26,496 bases of DNA from a virus: the UHGV virus genome UHGV-0367640. One strand, 5' to 3'. The translations under genes and the position numbers were made by a program. Under the pieces are notes generated by a model. It did not search any database, was not told the DNA's origin, and saw only the letters and a program-made list of their open reading frames with translations. Position 1 is the stretch's first letter. Each line of letters opens with the position of its first letter. Shown here piece after piece: positions 8,902 through 18,811 of the stretch.

Positions 8902-9204
8902 TTACTCCGTTGATACCAGTAAATGACTGCGACCGCCCAGATCAGTTTTCGTGGGATAATCCTGAGTGTTGTCATCGCAGACCACCACCAGCTTAAAACC
9001 AAGCCCCATACAGGCGTACTGCGCCAGCAGATCAGCGCCAGTGACGAGAGGAATACCGGAGATTACCGGCTCTCCTCTGTCGTTCTGCAGGTCCATAATC
9101 CAGTAAGGATCGCGCCATATGATGCTAATCTGCCAAGTGACACCACCCAGGACGATGCTGAACTGCTGGTTGTCCGCTGTCAGCGGAATTTCCTGAATTG
9201 TCAT
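8902..9204 (-). CDS. Small tail/baseplate-associated protein
   Basis: 100-aa ORF, TAATG coupling with the upstream gene. Confidence 0.45.
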   Translation of the reverse strand: MTIQEIPLTADNQQFSIVLGGVTWQISIIWRDPYWIMDLQNDRGEPVISGIPLVTGADLLAQYACMGLGFKLVVVCDDNTQDYPTKTDLGGRSHLLVSTE

Positions 9205-9791
9205 TAGCCGCCTCCCAGTAATGACGCCACGTTACCCGTAATGCTTTTCAGCAGTGAAGTATCTGGAGGCTTTGTGGTTTTGTTGCCGCTGTTCTGTACC
9301 GCCGACGTGCTGGCCCCTTCCTTCATGTTGGTTTTATCCGCGACGGTAATCTGCTGTGTCCGGGAGATAATGACCTCCCTCAGGGTGAGGACGGCGGACA
9401 GGACGTTTTCGGTTGTCTTGTCCGTCGTCACTTCCAGCGCCCGGATCAACATGTTGCTGTACAGCCGTTTACCGGTTACCACATCGAAGGGGATACGGCT
9501 TTCCTGCAGATCCAGTAGCTCCTGATACGTCTGCTGAGGACTCAGGCCGAGCAGGCTGGTAGCCGTCAGATTACTGGCAAAATCCAGCAATGCGCCGCCA
9601 CCGGCGAAACCAACCTCCATCACCACTTCTGACGGTTTTTTATAGGCATGATCAGCGACAGCGGCCCCGACCTCTACCGGATGCTCTGTTATTTCAAGCA
9701 TATCTGTATGCTTCTCTGAAATAACAACACTGGGAACAATCATTCCTATTTTTCTGCTCTGCTGATGAAAAAGTGTAGAGAGAATATCCAC
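9204..9791 (-). CDS. Tail protein downstream of tape measure
   Basis: 195-aa ORF with GTG start overlapping the tape measure TAG stop by 1 nt. Confidence 0.45.
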   Translation of the reverse strand: MDILSTLFHQQSRKIGMIVPSVVISEKHTDMLEITEHPVEVGAAVADHAYKKPSEVVMEVGFAGGGALLDFASNLTATSLLGLSPQQTYQELLDLQESRIPFDVVTGKRLYSNMLIRALEVTTDKTTENVLSAVLTLREVIISRTQQITVADKTNMKEGASTSAVQNSGNKTTKPPDTSLLKSITGNVASLLGGG

Positions 9792-11779
9792 TAACCCACC
9801 CTCACCTGATTACTTCGCATGACCTGAGCATTTGCAGACTGTTGCCGACGTGCAACCTCATTACCGACAGCGTGCGGATCTCCGCCACCGTAAATGTGGT
9901 AAGTATTTTGCTGGTTAACCTCTGTCATTTTGCCACTAATTCCCGCCACGGCAGCCTTATTAATCAGCTCTCGAGAATAGATATTTCTTCCATTTTCATG
10001 CTGGATAATGCTGCTCATCAATGCTGACATGGTTTGCGGATCGCTCATATTCAGGGCAGCCCGGGGATCCACTCCCAGTCGTTGCGATACAGCCCTGATA
10101 TACGCAGTTGTGTTGTTATTATCAGACGCAGGTGCCCAGGTAGAGATAATTTTCTCCACACTGTTTATTCCCCGTCCGGCGTACAGCATTAACTGACGAG
10201 CAAGAGCCCGTAATCCATCAAAAGCAGTTTCAAATCTGGCAAATCGCCCGCCCGGGCGTTCAAGAGAAGCCCCTGCCTGACCAGCAAAATTAAGGTTTCC
10301 CGGATTGTTATTCCGTTCTCCTCGTTTCGTAGCCTGTGCATATTGTTCCTGCTCATCATCACCAAACCAGCCGCGTACCGTCCGGCCCACACTGCGGGGA
10401 TCGAATCCCCAGTGCTCTTTAATCCAGTCGGCAGTACTGTTAGCGCTGTCTGTAACCATCGGCATCGCTGACGGATTTTCGCTGCCCTGATTAAGTATCT
10501 GTTTGCCGATGCTGACGGCATCAGCCCAGCGGCCATCTTTGATAGCGTTGAGCAGGTCGGCGATCATGTTCAGCATTTTGCTGAATTCGCCCATCTGGTC
10601 GATGAAGTTGCTGAAATCCCACTTCAGGGACCATGATTTGGGGTCAATATTGAGCAGTTTCGCCAGCGCTTTCACCAGTTCATTAACAGACCCTTTCAGG
10701 TCACGAACCATCTTCAGCGCGGCATCGACCTCCGGCTTCCACTTGCCCCAGTCAATCAGGCTGTCGCCGCCTTCCTTCCAGGTCTGATAGTCCTCCCACA
10801 GAAGGGCAATCCCCGCCGCCAGCGCGGTAATGAGGCCAATCGGCGACATCCAGAACGTACTGTTCAGAATGCGCAGCGCAATCGTCAGCGCGCCAAACAG
10901 CGAGATGAGCTCCCGCGTTTGCTTATCCAGCGATTGCCACCAGGTGATAAGGCTGGATGTTCCCTCAATTAGCCTGAAGAACAGCCGCCCGATGATGTCT
11001 CCGAGCGCCAGAATGCCTTTTATGGCTTTCGTCAGGGTCTGCTCGATGCGCGGGAAGTTATCGAGGATGTGGCGGCGCAGTGTGTCCAGCGAACCCGCCA
11101 GACCACCAGCAAGATTAGAGCCGATTTTGTCACGGGCCATGCCTGCCATCGCGCCGAACTCGCGCAGGGAGGTCATGAATTTGTTGGAGCTTCTGGCCGC
11201 CTCGTCAGCATTGAAGCCGATAGCTTTCGCCATTGCGCTGTACTGCCCGGAGAAATCACCCACACCCCGGCGCATCGCCATGAGGGTATTTTCGTCAATG
11301 CCCAGCATCTGCGCATACTGGTTAGCCCGGTAATACGGCATGCTGCTGAGCTTCTGTCCGACACCCGTAAAAATAGCGGCCATGTCGCGCATGTTGCCGC
11401 TGGCGTCACGGGTCTGTACGCCCAGGCGATTCAGAAAGCCTTCTGCACCGGGATTGTTACGAATAAACCGGGAGAGGCTTTCCAGAGAAGATCGCGCAGC
11501 GTCCACGCTGCCGCCAACCTGCGAAACCGCATAGCCAATAGACTGAATCCCCTGAACCGTCGCGCCGGTGCGCTGTGACGCCCAGTAGAGATTATCCAGA
11601 CCGGAGGCGATCTTGGCCGTGAAGGCCACCACGGACAGCGCAGCTCCTTCAACAGCCAGCCCCATTTTGATGACATTTGCAGTTGTACCGGCGAGGACAG
11701 AACCGAATTTTTTCGCGCCTGCATCATCCACACTGAAGCCAAGCGAGACAAGGAAATCTTTAATAGTTTCAGCGTTCAT
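9791..11779 (-). CDS. Tail tape measure protein
   Basis: Long Ala/Gly-rich ORF with membrane-like central segment, directly after the tail chaperone; start refined to ATG 11779 (GGAGAGAGG 3 nt upstream) rather than 11800. Confidence 0.8.
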   Translation of the reverse strand: MNAETIKDFLVSLGFSVDDAGAKKFGSVLAGTTANVIKMGLAVEGAALSVVAFTAKIASGLDNLYWASQRTGATVQGIQSIGYAVSQVGGSVDAARSSLESLSRFIRNNPGAEGFLNRLGVQTRDASGNMRDMAAIFTGVGQKLSSMPYYRANQYAQMLGIDENTLMAMRRGVGDFSGQYSAMAKAIGFNADEAARSSNKFMTSLREFGAMAGMARDKIGSNLAGGLAGSLDTLRRHILDNFPRIEQTLTKAIKGILALGDIIGRLFFRLIEGTSSLITWWQSLDKQTRELISLFGALTIALRILNSTFWMSPIGLITALAAGIALLWEDYQTWKEGGDSLIDWGKWKPEVDAALKMVRDLKGSVNELVKALAKLLNIDPKSWSLKWDFSNFIDQMGEFSKMLNMIADLLNAIKDGRWADAVSIGKQILNQGSENPSAMPMVTDSANSTADWIKEHWGFDPRSVGRTVRGWFGDDEQEQYAQATKRGERNNNPGNLNFAGQAGASLERPGGRFARFETAFDGLRALARQLMLYAGRGINSVEKIISTWAPASDNNNTTAYIRAVSQRLGVDPRAALNMSDPQTMSALMSSIIQHENGRNIYSRELINKAAVAGISGKMTEVNQQNTYHIYGGGDPHAVGNEVARRQQSANAQVMRSNQVRVG

Positions 11780-12011
11780 TATCCTCTCTCCATTTCTCAA
11801 TGCGCCGCTGGTTATCCGCTTTTACCGCCAGATGGTCATTCAAGAGAGCAATGTCATACAAATCGACAGAGCCATCTTTAAGTGCTGTATAAGGAATTAA
11901 CCCGGCGTCAACCGGATTGAGAAGGTAGGACAGCCCGTCCGGCAGGCTGTTAAACGTCAGCCCTGTTGCAGGCTCTGCGTCGTGCTGGTAAGGGGTGTAG
12001 GCAAAAAATTT
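11769..12011 (-). other. Programmed -1 frameshift extension of the tail assembly chaperone (G/GT-type)
   Basis: Slippery heptamer A_AAT_TTT in the zero frame at 12011..12005; the -1 frame stays open for about 78 codons and ends at TGA 11771..11769, overlapping the tape measure start. Confidence 0.6.
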
Positions 12012-12409
12012 CCCAGCGAATCGGCGACCACCCGCGCCACCATCTGCAGCATGGTTAGCAGGTCGATATCATCGAACATCAGCTGACCGCTGTTGAATAC
12101 CGGCGTCCATCCGTCCATGTGCTTACGTGACACTACGGCCAGGCAAGGATGAATAATCGCGTTGGTATCTTCTTCAGTCAGGGAAGACAGTTCCTCAGCG
12201 ATACGCGGGAGCATGGCTTCAAACACCGGTTTTAACTGCTCGAATTTCACGGTGTCGATTTTGCCGTCGGCAGGCAAACGGGAGCGAATGCTCCCGAAAT
12301 CTGACATCATTCCTGCCAGCACCGGCAGAAGTTTGCGGGTCACTTTCAGCTGATCAAAAACGCTGAGTTTTGCCGCGCGATATTTCACGCCTTTGATTTC
12401 GAATTCCAT
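11957..12409 (-). CDS. Tail assembly chaperone (zero-frame product)
   Basis: 150-aa ORF between tube and tape measure genes; ATG 12409; contains the slippery site near its 3' end. Confidence 0.7.
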   Translation of the reverse strand: MEFEIKGVKYRAAKLSVFDQLKVTRKLLPVLAGMMSDFGSIRSRLPADGKIDTVKFEQLKPVFEAMLPRIAEELSSLTEEDTNAIIHPCLAVVSRKHMDGWTPVFNSGQLMFDDIDLLTMLQMVARVVADSLGNFLPTPLTSTTQSLQQG

Positions 12410-12412
12410 GTA

Positions 12413-12853
12413 TTAAAACTCCCCGAGAACCTGGTCAATCTTGCCGCAGTCAAACACCCACGGCATCGTATTACCGGCCTTAGCGTTGGCGTTATCCGGC
12501 TGTTTCTGGAACGCCACGCTGCGCGCCGTGATGATGTCTCCGCTCACCTTGTTTCGGATCACAATGACGTTGTTCCCCCAGGTGGCAGAAGACTGGCTCT
12601 GTGCGTTATACGCCAGCGACAATTTTTTATTTGTCGGTGATGTCTTCAGAAGGTTAACGGTAATCGTCCCGCTTTTATCTGCATGGAGACTGTGCATCAC
12701 TTCGCCATCAGCACCGATGGTCATGGTGTTTTTAGGACCGCCCATCGCAACCACAATCCCCTCTTCAGAACTTGCCGAACCGTACCCGAGATCAATCGAA
12801 CCTGTCGGCCCGGTCAGCGTCGCAGTGACATCCATAAAAGAATAGGTAGACAT
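12413..12853 (-). CDS. Tail tube protein
   Basis: 146-aa ORF directly after the sheath gene; ATG 12853 with GGGG about 7 nt upstream. Confidence 0.7.
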   Translation of the reverse strand: MSTYSFMDVTATLTGPTGSIDLGYGSASSEEGIVVAMGGPKNTMTIGADGEVMHSLHADKSGTITVNLLKTSPTNKKLSLAYNAQSQSSATWGNNVIVIRNKVSGDIITARSVAFQKQPDNANAKAGNTMPWVFDCGKIDQVLGEF

Positions 12854-12863
12854 TCACTTCCCC

Positions 12864-14009
12864 TTAGCGAACAACGTTAATCTGTACGTCAGCGTAATGA
12901 ACCGCGCCTGCAAGTTTTATTGCAGCCTGAATCACCGGAGCCTTACGGGCTTCACGTTCTGATTGTGCCTGTTCATCCAGCGGCTGGGCGTATACGTAAT
13001 AACCTTTGGGCAGCGTGTCACCTGATGACAACTGGCCAAGGTCGCCACCGTTCCATACGCCCGGAGCAATCAGTCCATTCTGAACTGCCTGATCCAGTGA
13101 TTTTTCAACATTTGATAACAGTCGGGTAATACCGGCTTCAGTCTGGGGAACCTTCGTGGTGCTGGTATAAAGCAGGTTATAGAGGTTGGTCTGCACATAA
13201 TTCTGTAACCAGTCCAGGCCGTGGCGTTCATCAAAGAAATCGCCGTTAGCCATCACTCCCTGCTGGATGATAGCTGTATCATTCTGGTAGTACACGAACA
13301 CATTGCAGTTTTTTGCATCAAGTGCCGATGCCTGGCTGACTGTCAGTGTTTCATACCCGACACCCGGCTCCTGCTTAAACTTGAGCGTAATCGCGGTATT
13401 ACTGCCATTGAAATTAACCGTGAATGCCCGGCCAAATGCAGATAACGCAGCGTATTTATTACCCGATGAATACTGAATAAAACTGCGTGAATATCCGGCG
13501 GTTTTCAGTTTTGATGCCAAATCATCTCTGGATGCAGTCTGCAGGCATTTCTCATCGCTTGTCGTAATCGCCAGAATACGGCTTACAGAAGAGGATTCGA
13601 TCGCCGCAGCCACTTTCAGCCAGTCTGCATCCGGAATATCTGCATCGTCTGCAATCCCCAGCCCATACCATGAAGTATAATCAAGCATGGCATTCACAGC
13701 CTGCTCCAGCGTCTCAGGCGTGGCCTGTTCGCTGTCTCCATTCGTTTTCACCCAACGACCAACAAAAACCTCCTGAGGTTTCGGTGATTGTGAGAAAAAC
13801 ACCTGCGCAGCTTTATATTCTGGTGATTCCACGCCAAAATCTTTTCCAATATCTTCCGCGGCAGAATAACGACGAATGCGCTCACTTACCGGAATGATTG
13901 TGGACGGGCCGAGAATGAGTAATGCACCAAAATTTCGCCCTGATGCTGCACGCAGCGACATGATCACATCAACATTAACAACGTTTGATACAGGCAAGCC
14001 CTGTGCCAT
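12864..14009 (-). CDS. Contractile tail sheath protein
   Basis: 381-aa ORF preceding the tube gene; ATG 14009 with GGAG 9 nt upstream. Confidence 0.75.
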   Translation of the reverse strand: MAQGLPVSNVVNVDVIMSLRAASGRNFGALLILGPSTIIPVSERIRRYSAAEDIGKDFGVESPEYKAAQVFFSQSPKPQEVFVGRWVKTNGDSEQATPETLEQAVNAMLDYTSWYGLGIADDADIPDADWLKVAAAIESSSVSRILAITTSDEKCLQTASRDDLASKLKTAGYSRSFIQYSSGNKYAALSAFGRAFTVNFNGSNTAITLKFKQEPGVGYETLTVSQASALDAKNCNVFVYYQNDTAIIQQGVMANGDFFDERHGLDWLQNYVQTNLYNLLYTSTTKVPQTEAGITRLLSNVEKSLDQAVQNGLIAPGVWNGGDLGQLSSGDTLPKGYYVYAQPLDEQAQSEREARKAPVIQAAIKLAGAVHYADVQINVVR

Positions 14010-14012
14010 AGC

Positions 14013-14621
14013 TTAATCTCCGAAAAAGATGACTGGTGCTTCCACCAGCGATTTAATACCGTACTCGCGCACAACCTTCCGGCGCAGACGCACCGTCATA
14101 TCGTAGCGGCGGACCCATTGCTGATTAATAAGTTCAGGGAAGGGAGTCAGACCTGTGTAATCGCCAAGAGACAGCCCCAGCGCATTCAGTGCTGCATTGT
14201 TCTGCGGTACAGATATACCGTCACGAAACCGGGACGCATACACCATCCCCGCCGGTCCATAAAACGAAGCCATACACTCAATCATTTCATGCCGCCAGAG
14301 CTGAGAGCCATCATCGGTCTGTCTGGTGAATGCCGGGCTGTCATCACCTGACCATCCGATAACCCCAAACGCACACCAGTTCGTTTCAGCCGGTAGCAGT
14401 GGCGGCTGCTCTTTCTGCCAGCGCGGACGAACCATCCCGGCAGACAGACCGGAAACGTTACGCATCCACTGGCTTAACAGCCTGTCGAGCGCTTCGTCAT
14501 AATCCGGATCGCCACTGGTTGGTATCAGCCATCCGCACTCTGTGCTGGTGTTATTGCTCAACCGGAATTCCCCCATCAAACGGCAGCAACTCACAATGCG
14601 CCTGAACGAATCCGGCACCAT
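14013..14621 (-). CDS. Phage neck / tail completion protein (hypothetical)
   Basis: 202-aa ORF; start uncertain (ATG 14621 or ATG 14576), both overlap the upstream gene. Confidence 0.45.
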   Translation of the reverse strand: MVPDSFRRIVSCCRLMGEFRLSNNTSTECGWLIPTSGDPDYDEALDRLLSQWMRNVSGLSAGMVRPRWQKEQPPLLPAETNWCAFGVIGWSGDDSPAFTRQTDDGSQLWRHEMIECMASFYGPAGMVYASRFRDGISVPQNNAALNALGLSLGDYTGLTPFPELINQQWVRRYDMTVRLRRKVVREYGIKSLVEAPVIFFGD

Positions 14622-14940
14622 AAGCTGTATACGGGTCGACGAAGGTCACACGGTAATCACGGCCCTGATACGTCACGATATCGGCATCACGGCCAGTCTG
14701 GCCCTGCGTCAGTCGCTCAGTCGTCACAATCAGAATTGCACCACTGATTACCTGCCCGGCCTGCATACGACGGTTTTCCAGAGAGCGATCAACAGTAACG
14801 ACTCCGGCAAACTGCTTTTTAACTTCGCTGTCGCTGCCGATCCCGTCCTCATCCACCGTTTGCACACGGCGTGTTACCCACAAATTGAAGTCGCAAAAAT
14901 CGGGGTCAAAAAGCACATCTGTTACATCAAGAGTCGGCAT
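14551..14940 (-). CDS. Phage head-tail joining protein (hypothetical)
   Basis: 129-aa ORF, ATG 14940 with GAGGGA 5 nt upstream. Confidence 0.5.
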   Translation of the reverse strand: MPTLDVTDVLFDPDFCDFNLWVTRRVQTVDEDGIGSDSEVKKQFAGVVTVDRSLENRRMQAGQVISGAILIVTTERLTQGQTGRDADIVTYQGRDYRVTFVDPYTAYGAGFVQAHCELLPFDGGIPVEQ

Positions 14941-15481
14941 CTTTATCCCTCACAACATGGGTAATAGCTCTGCGATATTGCCCGGTATCAATTAATGGTT
15001 TCGCCAGTTCGGTTCCCGGAGATTCGCCAGCAGCACGCCGGGCAAGTTCCAGTGTTGCCCCCTTGCGCCCCCGACGAGCCCTGGCTTCAACAGTACTGTC
15101 AGCAAGCGGCGTAAAGCCGGTAATGGTCATGTAACGCCTGACGCCATTAGCGGCCAGCGTTCCGGCACGGTTGAGTGCGCTTTCTGCTCCCGCAGCATTA
15201 CCATCAAGTGCAGCCTGCGCCGCGACTTTGAGCTGCGGCACCGTCTGCTCTTCTGCCGATTTAACGCCGGGAACCAGGTGAGGTCGTGGCGGGATGTTCT
15301 GCTCTGGTGAGCCGTATTCGTTGAGGTAACCGATGCCCGCATTACCAAACGGAACATCATCCCGCCCGCTGTCTTCCGAAGGGATGCCGACCAGCACATC
15401 TTTTTTGGTTAACGACCTGAGCGCATCCAGAATGGCCTTAGCGTTATCCACCCTCGTTGTTACACCGCTTTTGAAACTCAT
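14927..15481 (-). CDS. Phage head-tail adaptor / head completion protein (hypothetical)
   Basis: 184-aa ORF, ATGA overlap with upstream gene. Confidence 0.5.
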   Translation of the reverse strand: MSFKSGVTTRVDNAKAILDALRSLTKKDVLVGIPSEDSGRDDVPFGNAGIGYLNEYGSPEQNIPPRPHLVPGVKSAEEQTVPQLKVAAQAALDGNAAGAESALNRAGTLAANGVRRYMTITGFTPLADSTVEARARRGRKGATLELARRAAGESPGTELAKPLIDTGQYRRAITHVVRDKDADS

Positions 15482-15885
15482 AGCTGGCGACCACCTGCAC
15501 CGAACATCGTGATCAACTGATAAAATTCAGCGCCATATCGGGTGTTATTCCAGAAACCTGCATCAGGATTCAGCGTCGCGCTGGTGTCATAACTGACGCT
15601 TACCTTATCCACGGACTTTGAGGACTGAACACCATTGGTTGAACCGCCCGGACCACCAGCCAGCATCGCCCGGCTGTCTGCCGCCCAGAGCGTCATGTAG
15701 TGCGCAACGAACAACCCGGCAAAGTACGGAAACAACTTTTTGCCGGTGACGTTTTCGCTCAGCAGTTCATCGGCCAGATTCAGACGAAACTGGATTTGCG
15801 CTTCGGGATATTTGGCAGGGTCAGCAAACTGCGGGAAGTCGCGGCGAAAATCACTTACCGCTGGCAGACTTTGATTCTTTGGCAT
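15478..15885 (-). CDS. Phage head-tail connector protein (hypothetical)
   Basis: 135-aa ORF, ATG 15885 with GAGGT 5 nt upstream. Confidence 0.5.
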   Translation of the reverse strand: MPKNQSLPAVSDFRRDFPQFADPAKYPEAQIQFRLNLADELLSENVTGKKLFPYFAGLFVAHYMTLWAADSRAMLAGGPGGSTNGVQSSKSVDKVSVSYDTSATLNPDAGFWNNTRYGAEFYQLITMFGAGGRQL

Positions 15886-16072
15886 TTTTTACCTCGTTAC
15901 GCGCGTCTGTGGCTTTGCCAACGGATACTTCCGCGTGCGCACGAGTGAACCAGTGCGTGGCAACGTCTTCCTCCACAGCATGACGGCCTTTAACAAACTC
16001 GCGCCGAGAACCGTCGGGAAGCGTGAGCACAAACGGGGTATGTGCGTGTATTACTGCATCATTTTTTGCCAT
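15851..16072 (-). CDS. Small phage protein, Lys-rich C-terminus
   Basis: 73-aa ORF, ATG 16072 with AAGGATGA RBS; overlaps the next gene by 35 nt. Confidence 0.45.
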   Translation of the reverse strand: MAKNDAVIHAHTPFVLTLPDGSRREFVKGRHAVEEDVATHWFTRAHAEVSVGKATDARNEVKNAKESKSASGK

Positions 16073-16113
16073 CGGGTCATCCTTAATGGCCCCACCAGGG
16101 GGCCATGTGGCTG

Positions 16114-16431
16114 TTAAATGCCATCAACGTACGAAATGGTTTCTTTGTACACTGGCTCGACTGCACCCAGCTTGCCGTAGTAAGTGACGATCTGATACAG
16201 ACCGCGATACTGCACCGGCACGCTCTGAAGCGGAACCAGCGGGTAGCGGACGTATTTTTTATCGTTGGTGTACGCAACCATGCGATCCTTTTTCCCCACA
16301 CCACGGCCTTTCAGCCATTTAACCGCGCGGATATTCAGCGGAACACCGTTCTGGTGATAGCTGATGGTGTTGGTCTGAAGATACGTCAACAGGGACTGGT
16401 TACCCGCAGATGAAACGATGATGCTGGACAA
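16114..16431 (-). CDS. Major capsid protein, C-terminal segment (downstream of an in-frame TAG)
   Basis: Same reading frame as 16441..17055, separated only by TAG 16443..16441 and three codons; no ATG and no SD in front of it. Confidence 0.5.
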   Translation of the reverse strand: MSSIIVSSAGNQSLLTYLQTNTISYHQNGVPLNIRAVKWLKGRGVGKKDRMVAYTNDKKYVRYPLVPLQSVPVQYRGLYQIVTYYGKLGAVEPVYKETISYVDGI

Positions 16432-16440
16432 CAGAGCAAA

Positions 16441-17055
16441 CTACTCAGGCGGGATCAGCAAATCACGCGGAACCACAGAGTAACCGGAAGCGGCCCACGC
16501 ATCAGACAGCGCCTGGTTAATGCTTGCGCGGATTTCGTCCGGTGTTGAGGTTGCCCACGTTTTGGCAGCGTTGTTGACAGGCACGCCGTCCAGGGTAACA
16601 AGGCCTTTCAGGTTTAATGCGGAATCGCCAACATATACCTGTTCATCGTTATCCATCTGCCATTTCAGTTGCATACCGTCATACTTCTGCGTATCAATCG
16701 GGCGGCCGACCTGCTGAGCAGCCTGCAATTCTATGACCGTCCAGCCAAGTTCCATCCCCCACAGGTTCAGCGGGTTACCGGATTTGCCGATATCCACGTT
16801 CACGCCAGCAATAGCGGTTGAGTCTTTGCCTACCCAGTTTTTGCCATTCGGATTTGCACCAGTACCCGCAGCGGCGAAGCTGGTATTCGTCCAGCTGGAA
16901 ATGTCATCTGCGATGGAGACATCTTCACGCAGTTGGATATCGCGGGTCCAGGTGTACCCCACCAGTGGCAGGTTCAGTGTCTGGTCGAGTCGTTCCAGCT
17001 CCCCGATGAGAAAGGCACCAGAGCTGTCAACGGTTGCCTGATCAAAAGTAATCAT
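16441..17055 (-). CDS. Major capsid protein, N-terminal segment (ends at an in-frame TAG)
   Basis: 204-aa ORF at the major capsid position, ATG 17055; too short alone for an HK97-fold capsid protein, and continues in frame into 16114..16431. Confidence 0.55.
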   Translation of the reverse strand: MITFDQATVDSSGAFLIGELERLDQTLNLPLVGYTWTRDIQLREDVSIADDISSWTNTSFAAAGTGANPNGKNWVGKDSTAIAGVNVDIGKSGNPLNLWGMELGWTVIELQAAQQVGRPIDTQKYDGMQLKWQMDNDEQVYVGDSALNLKGLVTLDGVPVNNAAKTWATSTPDEIRASINQALSDAWAASGYSVVPRDLLIPPE

Positions 17056-17066
17056 TCGTCTGTTCC

Positions 17067-17573
17067 TTAAATCTTCCAGGAAATTTCTGCATTGCCGTTA
17101 GCATCACCGGCACCTGTGAATTCAGCGTTGGTCAGCACCACGTTTTTGCCACTGACTGACGTGGCCATGAATCCACCCAGCGGCACTTTGATGGATTCAT
17201 CAGTGGAGACGACAACGTATACCGGGTCGCCTTTTTTGATGGTGCTGGCATCAAAATCAGAACCGAGATTAACGGTCACGTAGCCACGCTTCATGGCGTC
17301 GCCCGGGAAGTTCTTGCCACTCCCCACCTGGCGAACCATGTCCGGCTGCGAAGTGGTCGGATAAGGGCGCACGTAGATCCCCTTCACCTTGTCTGCGGTA
17401 TCACCATCTGCCAGCGGCACGAAAAAACCGTCATCATCGTATTTACCAGCCAGCCCATAGGCAGCGAAGGCGTTATCGGATTTAAGGACCACCGGTTCGA
17501 CGGTTAAGTCCTGCGGGCGAGAGACAGCCCCGGCAATGCCAACAGGCATCCGGTACAGAAATACATTATTCAT
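17067..17573 (-). CDS. Capsid-associated structural protein (decoration-like, hypothetical)
   Basis: 168-aa Gly/Asp-rich ORF between scaffold-like and capsid genes; ATG 17573 with AAAGGGT RBS. Confidence 0.5.
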   Translation of the reverse strand: MNNVFLYRMPVGIAGAVSRPQDLTVEPVVLKSDNAFAAYGLAGKYDDDGFFVPLADGDTADKVKGIYVRPYPTTSQPDMVRQVGSGKNFPGDAMKRGYVTVNLGSDFDASTIKKGDPVYVVVSTDESIKVPLGGFMATSVSGKNVVLTNAEFTGAGDANGNAEISWKI

Positions 17574-17576
17574 TTT

Positions 17577-18797
17577 TTACCCTTTACGGTTTGCCCAGAA
17601 TTCGGCGTTTTGTTTGTTCAGGGAAGCGATACTGGTCATGCCCATGTTTGGGCGCTGTGCATCGCCGGTGGTGGCGCGGGTGTTTCGCCCTTTGGCAATC
17701 TCAGACACGGCATTAAACGCCATGTCGACCGATTGTTTCGGTAATTTGCGGATATCCGCATCGCCGACTATCTGGCGAACCAGCGTTTTGTCAGCAGAAG
17801 CCAGAACCTCGCGTTTGAACGCGGTCGGTTTCATCTTACGGCTCAGATCGATACCCGGAACGATAACTTCGGCACGCCAGGCTGAGTCACCAGTAATCGT
17901 GGTTTCCTCTTCATCGTCCTCGCCGTCACCGGTCGGATTATCGTCAGGCTTATTGTCGTTATCGCCCGTCGCATTTCCTTCCAGCTTAGCCAGCAGGGCT
18001 TTCAGTAATGTTTTGAGGTCATCATCACTGTCGCCGGTTGGACCTCCGCCCATCTCTGGTGCTTTGTCCGGTAGCGGTTGCTGCGGGGACAGGTTGATGT
18101 TGAGATTAACGCCCTGCGGCAAATCCCCCTCATCTCCTGTAACCGATGCGGGAGCCGACTCCACCAGTTCGTTCATGGTGTCAGCGTCACCCGTTTTGAT
18201 GGCCGTGCGCATGCGGGTCCACCAGCTTTTCTTTTGATTTGCCATTGTGTCTCTGTCTCCAATTGCACAACGATTTCCGGCTCTGCCTTTAGGGACAAGA
18301 GCCACATGGTTTCCGGTAATATCGACCTGCTCGGCTTTACCTGGCTCGGTCTGCTCATACTCCGCGTCATAGCCGCACGACACTTCGCGCAGGCCATCTT
18401 CGATAAGCTGAATGGCGCTTTCGTCTTTGACGATAAGGTCAGCCAGCATCAAATCAGACAGCTCACCCGTCCCGCGCCGGACATTCTGGAGGTGCCCGAC
18501 AGCAAGCTCTTTCCAGTTCTCGGGATTTACCAGCCGCACATTCCCGTTTTCATCTTCAGGATGCAGAATCGTGATGCTCATCCCTTCGAATGAGGCAAGC
18601 GTGGCCGGATGGAATACCTGCTCAGGAGAACGCGTGACGACTATTTCACCGAACTTATCGGGTTTCAGTTTTGGCAGGTCATCAGCACCATAGAGCTGCT
18701 TACCTGTTCGTCCTATCGGCACGTCTTTGCACAGCAACGAGCCGTCAGCCAGCTGATAGCGGGTTTCCCCCAGCCGGGTATTGAAAAAATATTTCAT
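17577..18797 (-). CDS. Putative scaffolding protein
   Basis: 406-aa ORF with long acidic low-complexity segment (GDSDDD...DDEEETT), between MuF-like and capsid genes; ATG 18797 with AGGT RBS. Confidence 0.55.
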   Translation of the reverse strand: MKYFFNTRLGETRYQLADGSLLCKDVPIGRTGKQLYGADDLPKLKPDKFGEIVVTRSPEQVFHPATLASFEGMSITILHPEDENGNVRLVNPENWKELAVGHLQNVRRGTGELSDLMLADLIVKDESAIQLIEDGLREVSCGYDAEYEQTEPGKAEQVDITGNHVALVPKGRAGNRCAIGDRDTMANQKKSWWTRMRTAIKTGDADTMNELVESAPASVTGDEGDLPQGVNLNINLSPQQPLPDKAPEMGGGPTGDSDDDLKTLLKALLAKLEGNATGDNDNKPDDNPTGDGEDDEEETTITGDSAWRAEVIVPGIDLSRKMKPTAFKREVLASADKTLVRQIVGDADIRKLPKQSVDMAFNAVSEIAKGRNTRATTGDAQRPNMGMTSIASLNKQNAEFWANRKG

Positions 18798-18811
18798 GTG
18801 TTACCTGCGAT

